DNA of 64,000 nucleotides from a candidate division WWE3 bacterium (GTDB lineage Bacteria; Patescibacteriota; WWE3; UBA101185; UBA10185), in NCBI GenBank assembly GCA_052035175.1, contig JBPOHV010000001.1, positions 41,569-105,568 of the forward strand. Direction: 5' to 3'. The translations under genes were made by a program, and so were the position numbers. Below the pieces are notes generated by a model that searched no databases, was not told where the DNA came from, and was given only the letters and a program-made list of their open reading frames with translations. Positions 48,668 to 58,080 of this stretch are shown in pieces; the first letter of the stretch is position 1, and every line of letters starts with the position of its first letter.

Positions 48668-49882
48668 CTAATCTCTATTTTGCTCTGGTACATGTAATGG
48701 CCCCCACAAGCTCACTAAACTTCTACCAATACTATGATGTCGTGCATGTAAATTGTGTTCTTTTATATCTTTTTTATGCTCATCTATAAAACTCGCTATT
48801 AGCTTTGCACGTTCTTTATTACTTTCACTAGATTTCATAAACCATACGCGTCTACCAAATAATAAATCTTTTAAACAAGTATTCCCTACATAAGCTTCTA
48901 ACATTTGTTCAAACGCGTAGTCTTTGTAACTCATTTGAAATTCAGTAATTTCTGGTTCGAGTAATTTAACAGGCTCGCCCTTTAAATAAGCCATCCTAGG
49001 AAATAGGTTTTGGGTTAGAATATCGTCTTCAGACGAATTTCCTAAAGGTAGCTCTATGTCTCTTTCAGTCATAAAGAGGTCCGCTGGTAAAACATTTCCT
49101 TTGTGGTTTGGTGTATCTAGTAAAGGCAATATTAATGCTTCTACGCTGTTTGTTACCATTCCGCGTGCGTTGCGATAGCCACGAGGTCTATCTTTTGTGT
49201 AACCTGCTGTGTCACACACCAACGGTAATCCTTTATCAGATGCCTCTTTATATTTTGTACATAGATTATCGAGAAATTCTTTTAAAGCTTCTGGCGATTC
49301 ATCTACACTTGTATCCAAAGGCGAATATGGTTCTGGTAAATGATGCTTTTCTGGAAAGTTTTTACGAAGTTCTTTGTACTCTTCGTGTGGATTTCTAGCA
49401 TCTAAGTTATGTGTTAAAAATCCCATTTCTCCTAGATAGCCTGTTACTTGTGATTTACCTTGTTCACTCAAACCAACAAGGCCTATTAATAAAGGATGCT
49501 CTTTTTTTATATTATATTTCTTATCTATTTCTTCAAGGTCCAGTCCGTTATTTACTGTTTCATGAAAAACAACTATAAAAGGTAAGTCAGTAAAGTGTAT
49601 TGCTTCGATTAAATTTTTACGTTTTTCTTCTGGGATCCATTCTTTATCCATACCTCTTTCAAACCCTGCTAAAGTTGATGTGTTATCAACAAAAAGTGGT
49701 ACATACATTCTGTTTTCTGGGTCAGACTCATTAAAAAAAGCTGCAATTCCAACGCGTTCCCATTTTGCTGCAGGAACAACCTTCATAGGTGTTTTGGGCT
49801 TTTCGATTTGAGCAGCAACTTGCCATACAGGATCTGGCTTTATATCTTCTAGCGTATCCGTAGGTTGTAATGTAGAAATCAT
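48668..49882 (-). CDS. Multidomain protein with a central P-loop NMP-kinase-like domain (dephospho-CoA-kinase-like)
   Basis: LIGLVGLSEQGKSQVTGYLGEMGF...NLDA resembles the CoaE/NMP-kinase P-loop. Flanked by an unknown ~130-aa N-domain and ~230-aa C-domain. Confidence 0.4.
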   Translation of the reverse strand: MISTLQPTDTLEDIKPDPVWQVAAQIEKPKTPMKVVPAAKWERVGIAAFFNESDPENRMYVPLFVDNTSTLAGFERGMDKEWIPEEKRKNLIEAIHFTDLPFIVVFHETVNNGLDLEEIDKKYNIKKEHPLLIGLVGLSEQGKSQVTGYLGEMGFLTHNLDARNPHEEYKELRKNFPEKHHLPEPYSPLDTSVDESPEALKEFLDNLCTKYKEASDKGLPLVCDTAGYTKDRPRGYRNARGMVTNSVEALILPLLDTPNHKGNVLPADLFMTERDIELPLGNSSEDDILTQNLFPRMAYLKGEPVKLLEPEITEFQMSYKDYAFEQMLEAYVGNTCLKDLLFGRRVWFMKSSESNKERAKLIASFIDEHKKDIKEHNLHARHHSIGRSLVSLWGPLHVPEQNRD

Positions 49883-50856
49883 TTTGTAGCTAATTTATAA
49901 CCAAGTTTACTTACGGCCTTTACAATATGATTTGACAATTTATCGTTGAGACGTGCAATTGCTTGGTTGATTGCTTGATCAGAAAATTTGTCAGCATAAT
50001 TATCGCCCCATTTTAATTGCGCAATATGATCTCGCGTTATTACCGATTGGTCGAGAAGAGTTTTTAATAACTCAGCTTCAAATAAGCTAAGCACAGTTTC
50101 AGAGTCTTTGTTATTTTCTATAAAGCTAAGGTCATCGTTGATTTTGAGATTCATTTGTAAATCAGAAATAAATGTAGTTTCATTTGCGCCAGCTATAAAA
50201 AGCTCGTTCTTTGGGTCAAGTCCTAATTTGATTTGTGTTTGTGTATCTAATTTTGAAACGACTTGTAGACTTGGTAAAAATATTCTGACAAAAGTTTCAT
50301 CAGCAAAAAGCTCTTGGTTAGACTTTTCTGTACTATCTGGAAAATTTGCAAAATATTTTATAAGTCTAGTTACTCCATTTGATCTATCGTGTATTCTTTT
50401 AACTTGATCTTCAGAATAATTAAATTCCCAAGTATGGAGTAAATAATCTGTCTCTTCTAGCGTGCGAACTTTCATATAATAATAATCCCAAATATGTGCA
50501 GAAAGGTCCGACTTTTTATATGTATCTGTTGTAATAACTTGTGGTGCGTCTATTACAAAACAAAAAAAGTTTTTGGGGTCGGTTTTTTTATTTTTTTCAA
50601 ATAGCAATAAAGACGATTCTATAGTTGCGTCGCCATTGTGAAAGTCTATATCTATTATATTTTTGTTTCCAAAAGTATCGTTTTTGTCAACAATATATGT
50701 GAAGTTATGCTTTGAACAAATCTTATTGAGCTCGTGGCCTACGCCTACTCCTGGGACAGATACTATTACCGAATTTAATTTGCGATCAAATGTACTTAAA
50801 ACAAATTTTTCCAAATTCTCATAAACTGTATCGTTCATGCTTGGATTATAAAGCAA
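49879..50856 (-). CDS. Protein with a C-terminal OmpR/PhoB-type winged-helix DNA-binding domain and an unknown N-domain
   Basis: LSLFEAELLKTLLDQSVITRDHIAQLKWGD...AINQAIARLNDKL matches Trans_reg_C. No receiver domain. Confidence 0.45.
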   Translation of the reverse strand: MLYNPSMNDTVYENLEKFVLSTFDRKLNSVIVSVPGVGVGHELNKICSKHNFTYIVDKNDTFGNKNIIDIDFHNGDATIESSLLLFEKNKKTDPKNFFCFVIDAPQVITTDTYKKSDLSAHIWDYYYMKVRTLEETDYLLHTWEFNYSEDQVKRIHDRSNGVTRLIKYFANFPDSTEKSNQELFADETFVRIFLPSLQVVSKLDTQTQIKLGLDPKNELFIAGANETTFISDLQMNLKINDDLSFIENNKDSETVLSLFEAELLKTLLDQSVITRDHIAQLKWGDNYADKFSDQAINQAIARLNDKLSNHIVKAVSKLGYKLATK

Positions 50857-51310
50857 AAGTAGCTTTTTGGCCTAACGTTATATTATTTTTTTCGCAAAAG
50901 CCTGCATTTACTTCCAAAATGTAAAATGCGTCAGTACTTGGTGAATAAATAGTACAGGCAGATTTGAGAGACTCTGTGCAGGGAGGTATATCTTTTTTGA
51001 TATCAACAATTTTAAAATTTTCGTCAATCCAAATGATATCTAACGGAATATATGTATTAAACATCCAGATATGATGTTTATCTGAATATCCCATTGGAAA
51101 TAACATACCTGCATTTTCTGCCAAAGATTTCCTGCCCATAAGCCCATTACTTTGTTTGAATTTGTCATTTGCAACTTCTGCGTTTATTTGTTGATCTCCA
51201 AGCGTGATAGTGGTTGTTTGAAATGGAGCTGTAGATTTAATTTTCCAATAAAATATCATAGCTACAAAGCATAGACCTATAATTAATATGGAAATAACTA
51301 GCTCTCTCAT
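50846..51310 (-). CDS. DUF192-family protein
   Basis: AEVANDKFKQSNGLMGR motif. N-terminal TM. Confidence 0.55.
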   Translation of the reverse strand: MRELVISILIIGLCFVAMIFYWKIKSTAPFQTTTITLGDQQINAEVANDKFKQSNGLMGRKSLAENAGMLFPMGYSDKHHIWMFNTYIPLDIIWIDENFKIVDIKKDIPPCTESLKSACTIYSPSTDAFYILEVNAGFCEKNNITLGQKATFAL

Positions 51311-51642
51311 CTAGAAAGTATGCTCAAAAACGAGCTTACAAGAGAAACGACTATACCAAACAGTAAAGCAGCCAAAAATGTTGCCACAGTAAACCCTGGG
51401 ACAATTTGTCCGACAAACATAATAATTGCCACATTAATAACCAATGCAAAAAGGCCAAAAGATAAGATAGTAATTGGTAACGTTAATAGTAAAAGTAGTG
51501 GTTTTATAAAGGTATTTATTGTTCCAAGTACTATAGCTACAATTACGGCCGTTTGCCAGCTTGCAACTTCGATGCCTGGTACTATTTTTGATGCTAATAC
51601 AATAGAAACTGTGCTTATGACTAGATTGATTAGTAATTTCAT
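51307..51642 (-). CDS. YvlD/holin-family-IV-like small membrane protein
   Basis: 111 aa, 3-4 TM, glycine-rich helices. 4-nt overlap with the downstream gene. Confidence 0.45.
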   Translation of the reverse strand: MKLLINLVISTVSIVLASKIVPGIEVASWQTAVIVAIVLGTINTFIKPLLLLLTLPITILSFGLFALVINVAIIMFVGQIVPGFTVATFLAALLFGIVVSLVSSFLSILSR

Positions 51643-51697
51643 ATTTATAGTTTAACCTTTTTGCCATGATATTACAAAATTATGATATGCTTTTGTC

Positions 51698-52423
51698 GTG
51701 AGTAGTACCCAAATTCCAGACAATCAAATTATCGATAGCGAGCCCAAGATAATTTCTCCACAAACTTTGGGTGGGTATACAGATGCAAACACATTTACAA
51801 AAGTAATACCCAAATCAAATCCTTTTATCTTCACAAAATATCGCGTTTTAATCTTTGTAGCGATTGCAGTAGTTGTGTTTATAGCTTTAGGTGTTAGCGC
51901 TTTTTTTTATGTAAAGAAAAACACGGTTGTTCCGCAGACCGTTGAGCCTACAGAAGAAAAGCATGTTTTTTCTTACAGCGTCGACAAGCCTAATTATTCT
52001 TTTGAGTACATGTACGACAAAGGGTTGTTATTTGAAGGTGACGCTTTTTATTTTTCACCTTTTTTGAAGAATATATACGGCGGTTATTTCAAAGTGTATG
52101 AGCTGGGTAATACAGAAGATTTTGCAAAAATATACGATTTAAATCCGCCAACAATTAATACAGAAGTTGTTGCCCCCTTAACTGCTATTGTTGATGGTGA
52201 GCGTAGTTTTACCCAAGATAAAAGAACTTCTATTGTGTATACAAAGCTTTATGTTTATTCAAATTCTGTAGCCAATATAATATTTGAATTTAGTATAGAA
52301 AAAGACAACAAATATAAAGATGACTATTTAAAATTGTTTGATGTTTCTGCAACATCATTCAGATTTACAAAAGGGTTAGGTGCAGAACCTGTTGTTACTC
52401 AAGAATCTACCCCAAGCCAGTGA
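51698..52423 (+). CDS. Hypothetical single-TM protein
   Basis: TM helix IFVAIAVVVFIALGVSAFFYV. 241 aa. Confidence 0.45.
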   Translation: MSSTQIPDNQIIDSEPKIISPQTLGGYTDANTFTKVIPKSNPFIFTKYRVLIFVAIAVVVFIALGVSAFFYVKKNTVVPQTVEPTEEKHVFSYSVDKPNYSFEYMYDKGLLFEGDAFYFSPFLKNIYGGYFKVYELGNTEDFAKIYDLNPPTINTEVVAPLTAIVDGERSFTQDKRTSIVYTKLYVYSNSVANIIFEFSIEKDNKYKDDYLKLFDVSATSFRFTKGLGAEPVVTQESTPSQ

Positions 52424-52444
52424 TCGCAATGGTATTATTCATTT

Positions 52445-54397
52445 GTGTCAGACCTTTTGGAAAGTTTAAATTCAGAGCAATCACAAGCAGTTAGCCATTT
52501 GACTGGGCCGGCGCTGGTTGTAGCTGGTCCGGGTAGCGGAAAGACACGTGTATTAACATATCGTATTGCCAACCTTATTCACAATCATCGTGTAAATGAA
52601 AATGAAATATTGTGTGTTACATTTACAAACAAAGCTGCAGCAGAAATAAAAGAACGCGTTCAGAAATTGCTAGATGGAAATAAAATTTTGACATGGAGTG
52701 GAACTTTTCACTCGATTTGTGCACGTATACTGCGTAAAGATGGGTATCATATTGGGATTCCGATTTCTTTTGTGATTTATGATACAGATGATCAGATAGA
52801 TTTAATAAAAGAAATCAGTAAAAACTTTGGTATAGATCCCAAACAAGTAAAGCCATATTCAGCTCTTGCGACTATTTCAAATGCAAAGAGCGAGCTTATT
52901 GCTCCAGAAGCATACGAGCGATACGCTCATGGGTTTTTTCAAAAAACAGTTTCAAAAATATATTTTGAGTATCAACGACTTTTGAAAAAGAATAATGCTT
53001 TGGATTTTGATGACATTTTGGTCGAAACAGTTAACCTCTTTAAACAAGAACCGGCGGTTTTGGACAAGTACACGTCGATGTTTAAGTATATTTTGATAGA
53101 CGAATATCAAGATACAAACAAAGCGCAGTACGTTTTGACAAAGATGCTAGCGTCTCAGCATCAAAACTTATTTGTAGTAGGAGATATGTCACAGGCAATT
53201 TATAGTTTTAGGGGGGCAGATTATCGTAATATCTTAAATTTTCAAAACGACTACCCTGGTGCCGCTGTTTATAACCTGGCTAGAAATTATAGGTCGACAC
53301 AAAATATTTTGGACGCAGCAACGAGTTTGATTACAAATAATGCAACTCATATACCATTAGAATTGTGGACCGATTCGGGGACAGGAGAAAAAGTTACTAT
53401 ATATTGTGGGGGATCAGATACCGAAGAAGCCACATTTGTAATAAGTGAGATTAATAACTTTATTTCTAATGGGAATGATTTTAAAGATATTGCAATTTTA
53501 TATCGAACAAATGCTCAGTCACGAAACATCGAAGAATTTTTAATTCGTTCTAGTATTCCTTATAAAATAATTGGCGGATTGAGATTTTATTCACGTAAAG
53601 AAATAAAAGATGTGATTGCCTTTTTGCGTGTTGTAAAAAATCCAAAAGATTCTGTTTCATGGAAGCGTATTATAAACACTCCGCCCAGAGGTATAGGCCA
53701 AAAAGGGATGCAAGCTTTGGCAGATGCCGATTGGAATTTAGATTTGGTTGAGGCAACTTCAAAATTACCATTCAAAAAGTGGATCAAAGATTGTGAGACT
53801 ATGTCGACGCTAGAATTGATGACAGATATTTTGGAGGTAACAGGATATTTGAAGTGGTTAAATGATGGTAGCGATGACGGAAAAGATAGAATTGAAAATA
53901 TAAACGAACTCAAGTCTGTGTCGGCGCAATTTTTGGATGTAGGTGAGTTTTTGGAAAATGTCGCGTTAATAGAGAGCTCTGAAACACCAAAGTCAAAGAA
54001 AAAGTCTATGACAGAAGATAAAGACGATGTTGTTAGTCTGATGACTGTGCATTCATCAAAAGGTTTGGAATTTGCTTTGGTGTTTGTGATTGGTATGGAA
54101 GAAGGTTTGTTTCCGCATTCACAATCGATGGAAAACACAGATGAGTTGGAAGAAGAGAGAAGACTTTGTTATGTCGCGATTACGCGTGCAAAAAATAAGT
54201 TGATCTTGACTCATGCTAGATCTCGTTTGAGTTATGGCACGTATCAAAATAATATTCCTAGTAGATTTTTGGCTGAATTACCGAAGAATGTAATTATGCA
54301 ACTTGGTACTGGCAGTGCGCATTTTAGGCCAAAGTCTTACAATTTTGACGACGAGTTTTTGGAGGATGAAATTAATCGTAGCAATTTTACTTGGTGA
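52445..54397 (+). CDS. pcrA: ATP-dependent DNA helicase PcrA/UvrD
   Basis: LNSEQSQAV...VVAGPGSGKTRVL, DEYQDTN, VHSSKGLEF. Confidence 0.85.
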   Translation: MSDLLESLNSEQSQAVSHLTGPALVVAGPGSGKTRVLTYRIANLIHNHRVNENEILCVTFTNKAAAEIKERVQKLLDGNKILTWSGTFHSICARILRKDGYHIGIPISFVIYDTDDQIDLIKEISKNFGIDPKQVKPYSALATISNAKSELIAPEAYERYAHGFFQKTVSKIYFEYQRLLKKNNALDFDDILVETVNLFKQEPAVLDKYTSMFKYILIDEYQDTNKAQYVLTKMLASQHQNLFVVGDMSQAIYSFRGADYRNILNFQNDYPGAAVYNLARNYRSTQNILDAATSLITNNATHIPLELWTDSGTGEKVTIYCGGSDTEEATFVISEINNFISNGNDFKDIAILYRTNAQSRNIEEFLIRSSIPYKIIGGLRFYSRKEIKDVIAFLRVVKNPKDSVSWKRIINTPPRGIGQKGMQALADADWNLDLVEATSKLPFKKWIKDCETMSTLELMTDILEVTGYLKWLNDGSDDGKDRIENINELKSVSAQFLDVGEFLENVALIESSETPKSKKKSMTEDKDDVVSLMTVHSSKGLEFALVFVIGMEEGLFPHSQSMENTDELEEERRLCYVAITRAKNKLILTHARSRLSYGTYQNNIPSRFLAELPKNVIMQLGTGSAHFRPKSYNFDDEFLEDEINRSNFTW

Positions 54398-54399
54398 TC

Positions 54400-54475
54400 A
54401 TGCGCAGCAAAGGCTTTCTCGCTCGGGCGGCTGCATATCATCCTTCGCTGCGAGAGCTCTTTGCTGTGCAATATC
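54400..54475 (+). other. GC-rich ~75-nt extended hairpin between pcrA and ksgA. Candidate terminator/attenuator or small structured RNA.
   Basis: GCGCAGCAAAG...CTTTGCTGTGC outer stem with an inner TCTCGC/GCGAGA helix. GC ~58% within a ~33% GC context. No U-tail follows. Confidence 0.35.
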
Positions 54476-54576
54476 ATATAATGTGTTAAGTCGTGCTTGT
54501 ATATCTGATTTTCGACGCGCAGGGTATATGCAGCGCCCAAGCTAGAAAAGCAGATATACAAGCATAAATACAGTTT

Positions 54577-55332
54577 ATGCATAAGCCGATAAAGAAATTA
54601 GGACAAAATTTTTTACGAGATAATACAGTAGTAGATTTGATGGTTGCATCATTAGATGTGCAGCATACAGATACACTAATTGAAATTGGTCCAGGTGAAG
54701 GTGTCGTTACGCGCGCGCTTGCAGCGCGCGCACCATTCAGCCTGCGAGCAATAGAAATAGACCAAAATCTTGTCACAGATTTAAAAACAAAGTTTGAGAA
54801 TTTTGATTTTGTTGAGATAGTCCAGGCAGACTTTTTAGATTGGTTTCCTAATTGTGTTGTTCCAGATAGCTTTAAAATAATAGGATCACTTCCGTATTAC
54901 ATCACGTCACCTATTTTTCATACAATCATAAAAACCGATCATCAACCCGATGAATGTGTTTTTCTTATCCAAAAAGAAGTTGCACAAAAAATCTGTGCAT
55001 CAGACGGTGACTCAAGTTATATGTCTTCATTTGTACAAGCTTTTTTTGATGTAAAAATTATAAAAGTGGTATTACGAGGATCATTTTTCCCTATACCTGA
55101 GGTTGATAGTGCGATTATTTCTTTAAAGAAAAAATCTTTGCAAAGAATAGATCCGCAAGATGCATATAAGTATGAAAAGTTTTTACACCATGTATATAAA
55201 AACCCTCGCAAAATGATTAACAAAGTGTTTTCTGATGATGAATTGAAACTACTAGATTTGGATGGCCATTTACGTCCAGAAAATATTAGTTGTGATAAAT
55301 GGATTGACGCTTTTTTCAAACATGTTAGCTGA
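54577..55332 (+). CDS. rsmA: 16S rRNA (adenine1518/1519-N6)-dimethyltransferase
   Basis: LGQNFL N-terminus. SAM motif EIGPGEG. NLPYYIT-like SLPYYIT. Confidence 0.85.
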   Translation: MHKPIKKLGQNFLRDNTVVDLMVASLDVQHTDTLIEIGPGEGVVTRALAARAPFSLRAIEIDQNLVTDLKTKFENFDFVEIVQADFLDWFPNCVVPDSFKIIGSLPYYITSPIFHTIIKTDHQPDECVFLIQKEVAQKICASDGDSSYMSSFVQAFFDVKIIKVVLRGSFFPIPEVDSAIISLKKKSLQRIDPQDAYKYEKFLHHVYKNPRKMINKVFSDDELKLLDLDGHLRPENISCDKWIDAFFKHVS

Positions 55333-55505
55333 AAAGAGGCCCACCTGGACCCTCATTTAGAATCTCAGTATGGACCCCTTTGGTCTCTTTGTACCTCACC
55401 CCTGAGATACAAATACTATATATAAAGCTACAGTAAGCATAGATGCATGTCAATTAACTAAGCATATCTATTTACAAAGCCAAAATATATCCGCACAATT
55501 AATAT

Positions 55506-56567
55506 ATGCCCAAATATTTTCAAAATGGTTTCTTTAATATTTCTACGCTTTTATTAATTTTGGCTGTAGGTACTCTTTCTGTCATTTACGGTACTCAGTA
55601 TTTCACAATACAAGAAAAGATTTCAAACGCAGGCCGTGTATTAGCCGGTATGGTTACAAGACCAGCTGTTGATGATATAGCAAACGTACAAAAGGAGCGT
55701 AAGCCAAATACTTGTGGTACTGATGGTTTGTATGCACATTTTGATTTTGAAAATGTTAGCGGGTCGACTGTTCCAGATTTATCTGGTTGTAATAATAACG
55801 GTACTTTAGGTGACTCAGGAAACGGCTCAATAGATCCATTAATTGTTTCTTCTGGGTGTAAGGTAGGTTCCGACTGTGTTCAATTTGATGGTAAAGATGA
55901 TTATATGTCTATGCCAGCTCCTTTGGCTGTGACACCTGGTAATAATAATGACCCAATTCATGATTTTACTTGGTCATTTTGGATTTACCCAATTGCTTCT
56001 AGAACACCTGGCGAGGGTTGTAATAATCATGGTAACTCTCAATATTGTTCCGCATTTATACATCGTGATGCGTATGGTCCAAATCGCCAAGTGGGTTTTT
56101 TGTCTGATGTTTATCCCTCTACAAGCCGTTTAAAAGTTAGATGGAATAATGTAGATTCTCTTGAGTCTGTAGATTTACTCATGCCAAATATGTGGCATCA
56201 TATAGCTTTAACACGCTATGAAGATTATTATCCTCCATGGCAAGAATATGCACATCAACGACTTTACATCGATGGTGTAAAAGTTGATGAAGATGTGTTT
56301 TTACACGATCCAGGTTTTTGGGATAGATATGCTAGCCCAACTGATGGTTATGGTGGTACTTATATAGGTGGCGATGGTTATGAGTATACTCCTGGCTTGT
56401 ATGGGTGGGCAGGTTATGTCAAGGCATATATGGACGATGTCAAAGTTTACAATAGATATTTGACAAAAGAAGAAGTCTGCCATGAGTATGTATGTGCGCC
56501 TGGTGGTGTTAGTGGCGGTTCCTGTATAAATCCTGGCAACCCTGATATACAAGTAACGTGTCAATGA
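55506..56567 (+). CDS. Secreted/anchored LamG-like (concanavalin-A-like lectin) domain protein
   Basis: N-terminal hydrophobic anchor. FDGKDDYMS...WSFWIYP pattern of LamG_3. Cys-rich. GC ~42%. Confidence 0.5.
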   Translation: MPKYFQNGFFNISTLLLILAVGTLSVIYGTQYFTIQEKISNAGRVLAGMVTRPAVDDIANVQKERKPNTCGTDGLYAHFDFENVSGSTVPDLSGCNNNGTLGDSGNGSIDPLIVSSGCKVGSDCVQFDGKDDYMSMPAPLAVTPGNNNDPIHDFTWSFWIYPIASRTPGEGCNNHGNSQYCSAFIHRDAYGPNRQVGFLSDVYPSTSRLKVRWNNVDSLESVDLLMPNMWHHIALTRYEDYYPPWQEYAHQRLYIDGVKVDEDVFLHDPGFWDRYASPTDGYGGTYIGGDGYEYTPGLYGWAGYVKAYMDDVKVYNRYLTKEEVCHEYVCAPGGVSGGSCINPGNPDIQVTCQ

Positions 56568-56587
56568 GATTGTAGTGTATTATTGAT

Positions 56588-57523
56588 TTGATGATCTCAC
56601 ATTTTGTTCAGTCAGCATCGTGGTGTAAATTGAAAAATGCATATGGCACTACATGTGTTAGTTCCAGTGGCGTTTTTTATACAAAGCATAAGATTCCTCT
56701 TACGCATTATTATGTTGCTTATTGCCCTCGTGTTAACCCTTTTGATATAGATTTTGCTGGTTTACATAAATCGTTATTGCAAAATAATTGTGTTTATATA
56801 AACTTTGATGTTCCTAATATTGTTTTGACCTCTGAAACAGCCGCAGCAGCACGTGAGATATTTGAAAACCAAAAGTGTGTTATTTCACAAAAAGAAACTT
56901 TTGCAAATGCAAATATACTTATAGATCTAACAAAATCTGACGAAGAACTTTTATCAGAAATGCATCACAAACGTAGATACAATATCAAGCAAGCTCAGAA
57001 GCAGAACGTTTATATAAAAGAAGGTACGTTCGATGAATTTTGGAATTTACTAAATGAAACTGCTACGACACAAAAGTTTTTTTTACATCCAAAAAAATAT
57101 TACAAAATGATTTGGGATACATTGGGACCAGCTGGTGAAAATAAAGCACATATTCTTACTGCGTATGTTAATGAAAGCCCCTTAGCCTCATGGATGTTGT
57201 TTATACACGGGAACGTTTTGTATTATCCTTATGGCGGTTCAAATGCTGAAAGTGGCAAATACCATGCTAGCGAATTACTTGGTTGGGAGGCAATCAAGTT
57301 TGGAAAGCAAAATGCATGTACACTATTTGATATGTGGGGTGCTTCAAAAGATCCAACTGACGAAAAAGATTCGTACTTTGGATTTACTCAATTTAAATCA
57401 AGATTTGGCGGGACACATGTTACTTATATGAAATCATATGATTATGTTTTGAATTGGCCGATCTATAATTTTTTTAACTTAATGAATAAAGTGCGATGGC
57501 TAATTTTGAGAGCCATGCGTTGA
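56588..57523 (+). CDS. FemAB-family peptidoglycan branch aminoacyltransferase
   Basis: Size and motifs (YYPYGGS, LGWEAIKFGK) fit the FemAB/Acetyltransf_6 fold. Confidence 0.65.
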   Translation: MMISHFVQSASWCKLKNAYGTTCVSSSGVFYTKHKIPLTHYYVAYCPRVNPFDIDFAGLHKSLLQNNCVYINFDVPNIVLTSETAAAAREIFENQKCVISQKETFANANILIDLTKSDEELLSEMHHKRRYNIKQAQKQNVYIKEGTFDEFWNLLNETATTQKFFLHPKKYYKMIWDTLGPAGENKAHILTAYVNESPLASWMLFIHGNVLYYPYGGSNAESGKYHASELLGWEAIKFGKQNACTLFDMWGASKDPTDEKDSYFGFTQFKSRFGGTHVTYMKSYDYVLNWPIYNFFNLMNKVRWLILRAMR

Positions 57524-58080
57524 TGCGCAATCAAATAATACTTGTAGTTTTTTTGTTATTACTTTTTTATTTTTCTATCGGCCAGATTCATTTACTTTTA
57601 TTCCTAATAGTTTTTGGAATCGTATTTTCAATTATCTTTTTTTCACATTTTGTTTTTGGTGGTGCACCTTTTGTGCGTACACCAACCAGTCATATCTCGA
57701 GTATGATTTCATTGTCGAACCCCTCTAGCGAAACCTGCATGATAGATTTGGGGTCTGGTATGGGAGATATACTTTTTGAATTTTCAAAAGTGTGCGACAT
57801 CGCACACGGTTTAGAAATAAACCCTTTATTATTTGTTTTATCTAAGTTGCGCTTATCCCAAACTTCAGCCAAAGTTTATCGCAAAAATATTTGGAAGTTT
57901 GATGTATCTAGATATGACATAGTTACTTTGTATGGGATTCCGAATATGATGCAGCAACTTGAGTACAAACTTTTAAACGAACTTAAACCAGGCGCACGCG
58001 TAGTTTCAAATAAATTTCCTTTTCCAAACTGGAAGCATGTTCGAGTTGAAAATGATGTTTACCTTTATACTAAGGGCTAG
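57496..58080 (+). CDS. Class I SAM-dependent methyltransferase with an N-terminal TM
   Basis: DLGSGMGDILF motif I. Overlaps the femAB-like gene 3' end. Confidence 0.55.
   Translation: MANFESHALMRNQIILVVFLLLLFYFSIGQIHLLLFLIVFGIVFSIIFFSHFVFGGAPFVRTPTSHISSMISLSNPSSETCMIDLGSGMGDILFEFSKVCDIAHGLEINPLLFVLSKLRLSQTSAKVYRKNIWKFDVSRYDIVTLYGIPNMMQQLEYKLLNELKPGARVVSNKFPFPNWKHVRVENDVYLYTKG

Noticed and set aside
54400-54475. Identification of the GC-rich hairpin as SRP (4.5S) RNA
   Set aside because: No GGAAGGAAGCAGC-type helix-8 motif or GNRA apical loop on either strand. Kept only as an unassigned structured element.
55333-55505. Possible small RNA after ksgA (TCTCAG...CTGAGA inverted repeat with GGACC repeats)
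   Set aside because: Short 6-bp arms with a 35-nt loop and no further support. Most likely the ksgA terminator/promoter region.
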